64,000 bases of DNA from Malacoraja senta (taxonomy: Eukaryota): positions 1-64,000 of the forward strand of contig JAXLNO010000470.1 of NCBI GenBank assembly GCA_038087875.1, given 5' to 3'. Shown here piece after piece: positions 36,163 to 46,797 of the stretch (positions are counted from its first letter, which is position 1; each line of letters opens with the position of its first letter). A program made the translations under genes and the position numbers. The notes beneath the pieces were generated by a model that was not told the DNA's origin, made no database searches, and was given only the letters and a program-made list of their open reading frames with translations.

Positions 36163-36880
36163 GGATGAAGCCGAATAAAGTTACAGAAATAAGGACAAAT
36201 TAAAATAGGGTTCTGGGCTAGCTTACAGCTTATATTTAGTGTCAAATTAGGCTTGCCTCAGGTTGCAGTGTGTGGGATAATAAATACCATAACATTGTCT
36301 CCCAAGTGAGGAAGTGACAGAGAAAGAAACAGCTAGTCACATCTTTGAAGGAAGATGCCATAAGACAAATGGCCAATGTTTATGGGGGAGGAGGCAATAA
36401 AGGAAGAGAGAAATAGCTAGTCACATCTTTGAAGGAAGATGCCATAAGACAAATGGCCAATGTTTATGAGGTACCAAGTGACAGAGAGGAAGCAGCGAAA
36501 GAGCTAGGGTGATCTATTTTAAGATAAAATGACCTAAGACAAATGGCCAATGTTTTTAGTATATCTTGTACCATGTAAACAAAAGGCCTTTGATGTGATG
36601 CATTCTGTGGAAACCTTTTCCTGTACCTCTGACCATGACTAATGTTTGTGGAATGTGCTAAGGTGACAAAAAAACACTATATAAGACAATGTAATTCTGT
36701 TGTTCAGAGAAAGGGGAGCGAGGACAGTCGAGTGTCTACATTGGTCACTTAGCTGGAATTCTCGCTCCCTTCCATCGGCCGATGTTAAGTAAAGTTTTGA
36801 ACTGGTCTACCAAACAGTTTGTGTGGTGTCTGTTTATTAAGAAGCTAACCTGTTTAGTTGTTATAAAAGTAACTTTTTCA
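36163..36880 (+). repeat. 3' LTR (718 bp)
   Basis: Matches the 5' LTR apart from one fewer 84-bp unit, about 10 substitutions and 2 small indels. Confidence 0.95.
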
Positions 36881-37766
36881 CTAGGAGACTGCAAGGTGAC
36901 TTGGACAGGCTGGGTGAGTGGGCAAATGTTTGGCAGATGCAGTATAATGTGGATAAATGTGAGGTTATCCACTTTGGTGGCAAAAACGGGAAGGCAAACT
37001 ATTATCTAAATGGTGGCCGATTAGGAAATGGGGAGATGCAGCGAGACCTGGGTGTCATGGTACACCAGTCATTGAAAGTAGGCATGCAGGTGCAGCAGGC
37101 AGTGACGAAAGCGAATGGTATGTTGGCTTTCATAGCAAGAGGATTTGAGTATAGGAGCAGGGAGGTTCTACTGCAGTTGTACAGGGTCTTGGTGAGACCA
37201 CACCTGGAGTATTGCGTACAGTTTTGGTCTCCAAATCTGAGGAAGGACATTATAGCCATAGAGGGAGTGCAGAGAAGGTTCACCAGACTGATTCCTGGGA
37301 TGTCAGGTCTTTCATATGAAGAAAGACTGGATAGACTTGGCTTATACTCGCTAGAATTTAGGAGATTGAGAGGGGATCTTATAGAAACGTACAAAATTCT
37401 TATGGGGTTGGACAGGCTAGATGCAGGAAGATTGTTCCCGATGTTGGGGAAGTCCAGGACAAGGGGTCACAGCTTAAGGATAAGGGGGAAATCCTTTAAG
37501 ACCGAGATGAGGAAAAACTTTTTCACACAGAGAGTGGTGAATCTCTGGAACTCTCTGCCACAGAGGGTAGTTGAGGCCAGTTCATTGGCTATATTTAAGA
37601 GGGAATTAGATGTGGCCCTTGTGGCTAAGGGGATCAGGGGGTATGGAGAGAAGGCAGGTACGGGATACTGAGTTGGATGATCAGCCATGATCATATTGAA
37701 TGGCGGTGCAGGCTCGAAGGGCCGAATGGCCTACTCCTGCACCTATTTTCTATGTATGCATCTATG
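36881..37766 (+). mobile_element. CR1 LINE, 3' part of the copy hosting the provirus
   Basis: Continues ...EEDA|RRLQGDLDRL to the ORF2 stop at 37671, then 3' UTR and tail. Confidence 0.94.
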
Positions 37767-38269
37767 AGGTAAGTGCTGAGGGTCAGCTTAGCTCTGACCC
37801 TGACTCAGGGACTGATCTGAATACACCCCCCCCCCATCTCTGCTGCTACATAAACTCTGCACCACACCCACGGCAAACTTGGTTTGTGTACACTGCACTC
37901 TGTTGCACTGTTGTCTACTGCCCTGCTTTGCTGTTTTGTACATTTTTCTATTGACTTTGTTGCACTTTAGTAAGGAAGGTTTTGCACCATGTGTGTAGCG
38001 TAGTATATCGTCGCATGTTGTCCAATTGTGTTCTATGTAGCACAGAGGTTCTAGGGGAACGCTATCTCACTGCGCTGTGTACTGTGTATACGGCTCTGAT
38101 GACAATAAGCCCCTCTTGAATCTTGAATCAAAACAGCCCTTTTCCAACCAGTGCCCATGCGAGCGAGACCTGCACCAGATCGCCCAGATGTTGGCAGTCG
38201 TTTCAGTAAACAAGTAGAAGGCGCAGAAGAAGAAAGCACACCAACGCCTCTCCTTCCTTGGGAGGCTTA

Positions 38270-38738
38270 GAAAGGGTTCAGAAAAGATTTACGAGGATGT
38301 TGCCAGGACTAGAGGGTGTGAGTTATAGGGAGAGGTTGAGCAGGCTGGGACTCTATCCCATGGAGCTCAGGAGGATGAGGGGTGATCTTATAGAGGTGTA
38401 CAAAATCATGAGAGGAATAGATCGGGTAGACGCACAGAGTCTTTTACCCAGAGTAGGGGAATCGAGGACCAGAGGACACAGGTTGAAGGTGAAGGGGAAA
38501 AGATTTAATAGGAATCCAAGGAGTAACTTTTTGTATGGAACAAGCTGCCAGAGGAGGTAGTTGAGGCTGGGATTATCCCATCGTTTAAGAAACACTTGGA
38601 CAGGTACATGGATAGGACAGGTTTGGAGGGTTATGGACCAAGCACAGGCAGGTGGGATTAGGGTAGCTGGGACATTGTTGGCCGGTGTGGGCGAGTTGGG
38701 CCGAAGGGCCTGTTTCCACACTGTATCACTCTATGACT
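38270..38738 (+). mobile_element. CR1 3' end
   Basis: ERVQKRFTRMLPGL...RTRGH...3' UTR. Confidence 0.88.
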
Positions 38739-39084
38739 CTAGACACCTCCGGGCGAGTCTCCCGACAGCCGATGACCCCACGCTCACACTGAGCTGACCC
38801 AAAGGGTGACCGTTCACCCCGGAGTCCAAAAGGGGTCCGGGAAAGTCCAAAGGACATCTGGGGAGGTGGCTGAACAAGGAGCTGGACAACAGGAAGTGGG
38901 TAGTGTGGAGGCGGAGGACACTTCCTGTGCACTTCCTGCTACGGTTGTCATGGGAACGCCGCACATCAGTGGAACGAAGAGAAGGCGCGGGCCCTCGGAA
39001 GAAGAGAACGGCCCTGGGGCCAAAGTCCAGGGGACAACCAGGCAGGTCCAGGCAACTTGCAACTTGGCAACATTATAGCCTCCC

Positions 39085-40607
39085 GCTTCATGTGGCACGG
39101 GCTGCTCAAGGAGGTTGGACATTGGGCGCGCACCTGCATCCCGTGCCAGACCGCGACACGAGTTTTGGGACCGCTGGGCTCCGCAGGGTGTTGAATGTAT
39201 CCTCAATAAGGATTGTAACATAGTTGTATAGTAGTTTATTATGGATATATGTTTGTAGTGTATTATGGCGGTGGGTTCGGGCTTGTTTTATTGTAGTGTC
39301 AATATTATTTTTTAATAATTGAATACATTTTTAGATTTTTAAAAAAAGGTGCAGCGACACGTGCGTGCGCCGTTGCAGGAGTTGGCCGTCCCTCGGCAGC
39401 GGTTTGCGACCAAATTCACGGGGACATGGTGGCGCCGCTGCCGACCTATCTCTTCACCGTGGTGGACCGCTTCACGCGGTGGCCTGAAGCCATTCCGCTA
39501 CCTGATTCTTCAACGGCTGCTTGCGCTCGGGCCTTGGTGGCGCACTGGATCGCCCGGTTCGGGATGCCGCTGGACATAACATCCGACCGGGGGCCTCAGT
39601 TCACGTCGGAACTGTGGTCGGCCATGGCACGCCTCCTGGGGGTTCGCCTACACCGCACGACGGCGTATCATCCGCGGGCGAACGGCCTGGTGGAGCGGTT
39701 TCACCGCCAACTCAAGGATGCCCTGAAGGCACGGCTCACTGACCCGGACTGGGTGGACGCTCTCCCGTGGGTTTTGCTGGGGATCCGCACCGCACCATAG
39801 GAGGACTTGGCCTCCTCCTCCGCCGAGTTGGTGTATGGGTCCCCGTTGACGGTGCCCGGGGAGTTCGTCCCGCCGGCACGGGGCCAGGTGGAGCAGCCTT
39901 TGGACGCTCTGCAACGTCTTTGGCAGACGGTGGGCAAGCTGGCGCCGGTGCCCACGTCTCGTCATGGGTCCTTCCGTCCGCATGTTCCCTCTGCTCTGGA
40001 GGACTGCCAGTTCGTCATCCTGCGCAGGGATGCTCATCGGACACCTCTCCAGCGGCCGTACGAGGGTCCCTTCCGGGTCCTGGAACAAGGCTCGTCCACA
40101 TTCGTCCTGGACATGGGGGGTCGGCGTGAGACAGTTTCGGTTGCGTGGCTGAAGCCGGCGCATGTTGACATTGATCGGCCGGCGCTGGTCGCGCGGCCCC
40201 GTAAGCGAGGGCGCCCTACATCTAGGGTACCTCCTCCAGTGGCTGCTCCGTCCCTTCCACCTGTTGGTCAGTTGCCCGTTCCTGTGCCGGGCATGGTGTA
40301 CACCCAGGCTGGTCGCCGCTTGCGCCCTCCTGTCCGTTTCGTGCCTCCGGTTCTTGGGGGAGGGGGGGGGGTCCTGTGGCGGTCCCTGGATATTAGGCCA
40401 CTCCTTGGGTCATCCCCCTCGGCACTTGAGGGACAGGGAGGACGGACTGCCCACACGCTTCCGGTTCCTGCCCAGGGGTTTTCTGGGAATTTTTCATCGC
40501 TTCGGTGGAACTCGTTGTGAGTGGATGCTCACAACTATCATTAAAGAACTTTTGAACCTGCCTGGCGTCTATCCTTTTTTCTGACAGCATCCGCCTAGGC
40601 CACTACA
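39085..40607 (+). mobile_element. Gypsy-like LTR retrotransposon 3' part: integrase, PPT and 3' LTR (40375-40607); interrupted by a Tx1-like tail at about 39156-39347
   Basis: WARTCIPCQ, VDRFTRWPEAIP, ITSDRGPQF, YHPRANGLVERFHR, YEGPF; G-rich PPT, then TGTGG...CTACA LTR with ATTAAA. Confidence 0.9.
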
Positions 40608-40639
40608 GTTTAATACATCCAAGAATACAATGGTTGGCT

Positions 40640-40800
40640 GCCTGCCCCTTTACCGGGTATACGTCCGTGCCCGGGTGCGGTTAGAAAGGGAATACGCCCT
40701 GTCCACGGGCACTCTGGGGGATTTCCGGGACCGCTGGGCACCGCGGGGGTTGAATGCATCCTCGACAAGGAGTGTAATATAGTTATATAATAGTTTATTG
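40640..40800 (+). mobile_element. Tx1-like LINE 3' fragment
   Basis: GYTVRARVRLE...FRDRWAPRG-like sequence homologous to 14170-14310. Confidence 0.65.
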
Positions 40801-40831
40801 TTTGACTTCCGGTAGCGCCATGGAACACTGA

Positions 40832-41399
40832 AGGCTCTGTCTTACCTGTTTGCGGTCATCGGCGGTGAAGCGCGGCGTCGCTGGTAGCGGGGACCGCGCG
40901 GCAACGGCGAGAGCGTCGAGCCTATCCACCGGAGCGCCGCACTGATGCTGCGCGGGGGCCGAGTAATTCAAACACGGCGGGTCCCACGTGCTTGCGGTAA
41001 GTAAAAAAAGGGCGGGCCGACTGCGATGACGTCGGCCCGCCGCACGTGACTCACCAGCGGCGGCTGTGGCAGTGGAGGTTTGACGCACGGCGCTCGAGCC
41101 ACACTGGCGGCGGCCCGTGCCTCACTGGCGGAGGCTGTGGCAGTGGAGGTTTGACGCACGGCGCTCGAGCCACACTGGCGGCGGCCCGTGCGGGCGGCCG
41201 TGCCGCACTCGTGCATCACTGGTGGAGGTTGTGCGGTGAGTATATAGTTTTCGACATTGTCGATTTTATTTTAGCACCGTGCGGTGTTGGGAACACCGAC
41301 GCACGGCCCCGGAATTGTACGTTCTCACGAGTGCGCGGTCTATGGCGGCAGATTCTTCCCGTTTCGCCGCCAATGACTGCAGACTCGTGAGACAGGCCT
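40832..41399. mobile_element. PIF/Harbinger-like MITE, copy 2, in the L1-A 5' UTR
   Basis: TIRs AGGCTCTGTCTTAC / GTGAGACAGGCCT, flanks TGA/TTA; inverted relative to 7791-8332. Confidence 0.75.
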
Positions 41400-42077
41400 T
41401 TAAGAGGGCGCTGCATTGAGCTCCTCTCCCGTAAAAATCCGTCAAAAAGCCGTTTTAAAGTCGGGACTGAATCTAAAATAACTTATTTTATAAGGATCGC
41501 ATAAGGATGACATCATCAGAAAACGACGCTAAATCGCGGTAACATTGCGGTAAAAATCGGGACTTTTAAATGAGAAAAGGGACCAGCTCACGAGCACCAA
41601 AAAAAGCCACTATAAGCCTCCAGCTGGAAAGAGTTTTGGAAACTCTGCAAACAACTGAAGAAGGCTCTGAGGGAGAGTCCTATAGCCAAGGAGCTGTGCT
41701 CGAAATGGCTACAAAAGGAGAAAAGAAGGAGAAGGAAAAGGGAGGTAAAGGAAATGTTTTTTAGAAATTACTGCTACAATTAATAAAACACTGGAAAAGA
41801 TGCAGAGTATGGAGAATAATATGGAGATATTCACTCATAAAATTGATGGTGCTTGTGATGAGTTAAAGGAGCTGAAGAAGCAACAGAATGAGTTTGATAA
41901 AAAAACTTAAGTCAGAATTTGTTAGAATTGAAAAGGACTATAATAAGAAATTTGTTGGTGTAAATGCTAAGATGGACAACATTGACGAGAGAATGGAAGA
42001 GATGGAAAGCGATATGAAAGAGATGGTCACGGAAATAAACAATCTGAAAAAATCAAAGAAAGATGAAGCAGAAAAGC

Positions 42078-42618
42078 AGTTAATTTCTAAAAACATTTCC
42101 TTTACCTCCTTTTCCTTCTCCTTCTTTTCTCCTTTCGTAGCCATTTCCAGCGGATGGCGCCCGCATAGCGGACAAAAACAGACTGGACAAGCTGATCAGG
42201 AAGGCCGGCTCAGTTGTCGGGGCTGAGCAACGAACGGTCCAGCAGGTGGCAGAGGCCAGAACTCTGAACAAACTGGGTTCAATAATGACCAACCCCACTC
42301 ACCCACTCCATGCCCTGAAGGTGATCAAGAGCAGCATCTTCAGTCAGAGACTGATTGCACCAATGTGCAAAACTGAGAGACATAGGAAGTCCTGTTTACC
42401 AGCTGCTATAAGGTTATATAATGCGCATAAATAACTGCACTTTTTTTTTTTTTCATTAATTGTATTTTAACTTGTATTTTAACTTGTATTTTAACTTGTT
42501 AAGTATGGAAGCTATTTGAGGAAATGTGTGGTGTTATGTCTGTCTTGAAGCTGTCGTGGCACTGTAATTTCCTGTAAAGGGTTATTAAAGGTATATTCAA
42601 TCAATCAATCAATCAATC
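42078..42618 (+). mobile_element. Rex1/Babar 3' end with a 5' templated inversion, inserted in L1-A ORF1
   Basis: TSD AAAAGC (42072-42077 / 42619-42624); (TCAA)n tail; 42153 onward matches 12247-12650. Confidence 0.85.
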
Positions 42619-44785
42619 AAAAGCTTGCAAGAATGACTGACAAATGTTTGGACTTGGAAGCGAGATCGAGAAGGCAGAATCGTTGGAGTAAGAGAAGGAC
42701 GAGAAGGACATGTATCTCAAACACGTACTTTCATTACTGAATTACTCAAAGAGGTTTTTAAACTGCCGGAAGAACTAAGAATAGATACTGTTCAACGAGC
42801 TGGACGTGTCTCAAGAGGCATAAATGCTGCTCCAAGACAGATAATTGTGAAATTTCTTGATGGAATCTATCAGTGGAATCTATACTGAAGAAGATTGTTC
42901 ATGGTGAAAATTTGATATATCGTGGGGAAAAGATCCGATTTTTCCGTGATTATCCTCCGGAGATTGTCCAGAGAATGAACTTGTTTACACCGACAAGAAA
43001 CATATTGAGGGGTATATCTAACGTCAGATATGGAGTTGTTTTCCCAGCAAAAATGAAAATTACTTATAAGGGAACTGAGCGCTCATTTATGGACCCAGAA
43101 AAAGCATATAAATATGCAGAAGATATCGTGAGAAAAGCATCGGAAACATCGGAAGAAGACGACTAAAGGGAGGAACAGTGAACTTTTTAACTTTTAAGAT
43201 GGAGCTGGAACTGGCTAAGATGGTGGACTTTCCAGACAGTTACTGAGCTTATCTGTCTGGAATGTGTATTTGAGAACATTGTTTCACCTTGAATGGAAAG
43301 CTCAAAGATAAACAAAAGGATGCCGAAGATACTGTACAAGGAACATGGACGAGATAATATTAACATCTAACTATTATATGCTAATTACAATTAACCAACT
43401 AACTTAACAAATTTAACAATACTAATGATTTGTGAGTGTTTGTAGTAAATATGAATAATCATGAATAAACCATTGCTTATAAATTGTAATTAACCAAAAT
43501 GTCTATAACATTACTAATGTTTTTTTTCTTTTTGGGTGGGAACGCAACATAAACTTGGAAAAAAATCCAGGAATGAGGTTAACCCCTCGGTACCTGCTTG
43601 TAGGGTAGCTGGTTAGATAAATTGGTACGGTATAAATACTTATAGAAATGAGAATAGGTTGTGTTTTATATTTGGGATTTTTTCTTTTTAATTACATTAT
43701 TTTTTACTTTTTAATATTTTATCTCTGCGTCTTTTTGCTTTTTTCTAATGCTAGTTTGATAAAGTTAAACAAGAATAAACAAGATATGAGACGGTCTGTA
43801 GTTTTTTACGAGGTGTTAATAAGGGATTGGGGCTCAAAGTAAAACAACATCAAAGGAAGTCTATAAATTTTTCGCCACCTTAGGTGGCTATCTGTCTTTA
43901 AGGTACCTGTTCTTAGATACCTTAATTTCACTTTAAAAAAAAAATCACTATACAAATTTGTTTAATTAATTGTAAATCACAATTTTTCTTGCTTTATCTA
44001 AGGCACTTTTGGAGAAGGAGATGTAATATAAACTTTAAAACTTGGAATGACCACCCAACGTCCAGAACACGGAGGTATTTGTCTGCACCATATGATTCAA
44101 GAATATTACTTTGATATACAATGCAAGACGATAGACAAATAAAGAATGGAGGAATCACATTCTGTAGTTGGAATATAAGGGGTGCCAACGAACCAATAAA
44201 GAGGGGTAACATTTTTGCTCACTTAAAATCTTTGAAAAGCGACATAATTTACTTGCAAGAAACTCACATGAAACAGGAAACACAAATGAGATTAAAGGCG
44301 AAGTGGATAGGCCAAACATATTATTCATCATTTACTTCTAAATCTAGAGGTACGGCTATTCTTATTCGAAAAGGTATACCGTTCAAATTAAAGAATACTA
44401 TATCAGATAAAGACGGAAGGTATATCATAGTTTCGGGAGAAATTTATGCTACCCCAATAACTATGGTAAATATTTACGCTCCGAATTTTGATAACCCTCA
44501 ATTTTTTGAGAAAATTATAGATATAATACTGGAGTTTAATTATCAAAATGTCACAATAGGAGGGGATTTCAACTGTGTTTTAGATCCATATTTAGACAAA
44601 TCAGCAAAACAAAGACGTTTCGGTGGCGGTGGTGCTATGGAGGCTTGAGTCCAGTGCCAACTAGCTCCGTGCCGAAGAAACTGAAAACGGGAGAAAATCG
44701 GGTCTTACCTGCAGCGATCGCGATCTGAACGGTTGCCTGCCGCGTGACATCATCAGGCGCGCGACTTTAACGGTATGTCGTTACA

Positions 44786-45793
44786 ATGTCGTTACAAAAA
44801 AAAACCGTTAAAGGGAAACCACCGATGGAAGAGGAAGGCCCAACTGAGACCTCGGCCTCAGTTACAATGACGGCCCAGGAAGACCCTCCGAAGAAATCAA
44901 AGCAGAAAAAGTCTGAAATGGATGATCTTAAAACTTTTCTCGCTGCTGAATTGAAAACCTTTGGAGAGAATTTTAAAGAGGAACTTTACTCTTTTAAGGT
45001 AGATTTTAAAGCAGAAATGCTTTCTACCGTTCAAGAAATACTGGAAGTCTGGAAGAGGTCGAGGGAGGAAGAGGTCAAGGAACAGATGGAAGTGCTGGAA
45101 GCCAGGCTCGTTTCGGTGGAAGCGAACGTTAAAATGGAGGTGGCCCCCATTCATCAAGCACTCGAACAACATAGAACAGCGATAACCGAACTTGAGAAAT
45201 GGGCGGCGACAAGTGAGGAAACTGTAGGTCGACTCCTTATTGAAAACCAACGCCTCTCCGGTATGGTGATCAAACTAAGTGATAAATGTACCGATATGGA
45301 GGGGCGTCAAAGACGTAAGAATCTAAGAATTGTAGGGGTGAAAGAAGGAAGTGAGAGGGAAATGGGCCCTCGGGATTTTGTGGCAGACCTACTACAAAAA
45401 GCCTTAAAATTGGATCAAAAACCTTCACTCGGTCGAGCTCATAGAGCGCAGCGGCGTCGTACACAAGACGATGCCCATCCAAGACAAATTATCGTAAAGG
45501 TGCAACTGGATCATGAATTTGACGATATAATGAAGAAAATCGTCCGAAGCGGACAGCTCCATTTTGAAGGTGTGAGGTTCAGTATTTACCGAGATTATCC
45601 GGCAGAGGTCTTCAAGAAAAGGGCGCTGTTCACTGAGACAAAAAGAATACTGAAGAATGTCCCTGATTTGAGATACGGCCTGCTTTACCCCGCAAGACTA
45701 AGAGTCACCTACAAGAACAAGGAGCATTTTTTTACAGACCACGAAAAAGCACTGGAATATGCCAAAGAAATCGGGAACGTGACCACAGACTGA
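44786..45793 (+). CDS. L1 ORF1p, intact 335 aa
   Basis: Coiled coil, MEGRQRRKNLRIVGVKEG, RAHR, PRQIIVK, IYRDYP, YGLLYPARLRV. Confidence 0.9.
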   Translation: MSLQKKTVKGKPPMEEEGPTETSASVTMTAQEDPPKKSKQKKSEMDDLKTFLAAELKTFGENFKEELYSFKVDFKAEMLSTVQEILEVWKRSREEEVKEQMEVLEARLVSVEANVKMEVAPIHQALEQHRTAITELEKWAATSEETVGRLLIENQRLSGMVIKLSDKCTDMEGRQRRKNLRIVGVKEGSEREMGPRDFVADLLQKALKLDQKPSLGRAHRAQRRRTQDDAHPRQIIVKVQLDHEFDDIMKKIVRSGQLHFEGVRFSIYRDYPAEVFKKRALFTETKRILKNVPDLRYGLLYPARLRVTYKNKEHFFTDHEKALEYAKEIGNVTTD

Positions 45794-46345
45794 AGAATTT
45801 ACATTACTCCTCAGGAGTCAAGGATTAACGGGACCGCCAGATCTAAAAGGACCTTTAAAGTTCTTTTAAGAGCTTTAAGGACATTCGAAAACCGAATGGA
45901 CGGTGGACATTGGAGAAAACCGTGGTTTAAAAAAAAATATATATTTTTATTAATCACTATTATTATCTGTATACTCATATCTAACTATATATGTAACAAC
46001 TAATACTTATTAAATATCTATATTACTACTAAAATTATTAACATTTATATTACTCATAAAAATTTAATACTGGGTATGATTGATAACAATGATTAATAAC
46101 TAACAGTCTCTGGTTAACGTGGAAATGAGTTACATACTTATATTCTATAGGAAGATATGCAAGAGGTAATTCAGCCTACGTCATAATAAGGTTTGACGGT
46201 TTTTCCCTTTATTTTTCAATTTAAAATTAAATTTATAGATTTAGCGAAGATATTAATATGATATGTAGAGAATAATAACATTGTGAATTTATGCTGTTTT
46301 CGGACTTTTCTGCAGGGATACGTGCTTATGTATGTATGCATATGG

Positions 46346-46377
<32 letters not shown>

Positions 46378-46797
46378 GTGTATGTATGTGTGTGTGTATG
46401 TATGGGTATATATATATGTTTGCTACTCCCAAAGAAGTTATTTGATTGTCAGAAATAATCTTTTTTTTTTTTTCGGGCACGGAGCTGGGAATTTTTTTTT
46501 TTACAAAGGCTACGGAAGTCTTTAGAATTCTAGCCACGTTAGTGTGGCTATCACTAACTACACTAATTGTAGATGTAGTTTTTTTTCTTTCACCCTATAC
46601 TAACCAATTCTATCACTTTTTTCACTTTAAATATTTTTATAACTTAATGTTTGAATGGAACAACAAGACTAATACAAGGAGATGTGTTCGGAAGAGCGAT
46701 GTATATGATTTTAAATTCATCTATTTAAGGTTCGGGAGCAGGGTCAGGTTTTATGTGTTGCACCTTCTGCTCGGTTATAGACCACCTTAGAAACAAT

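Larger units (their letters stand above)
26484..36880 (+). mobile_element. Complete class I (gamma/epsilon-like) endogenous retrovirus
   Basis: Paired LTRs, TG...CA outer termini, 4-bp TSD CTAG (26480-26483 / 36881-36884), PBS, gag-pro-pol-env order; the CR1 sequence rejoins across the insertion. Confidence 0.97.

Noticed and set aside
39807..40520. 237-aa ORF as an independent gene
   Set aside because: It is the C-terminal part of Gypsy integrase after a premature stop at 39798-39800, reading into the LTR.
41888..42226. Chimeric ORF containing FTSFSFSFFSPF
   Set aside because: L1 ORF1 reading into the inverted templated segment and Rex1 insert; not a gene.
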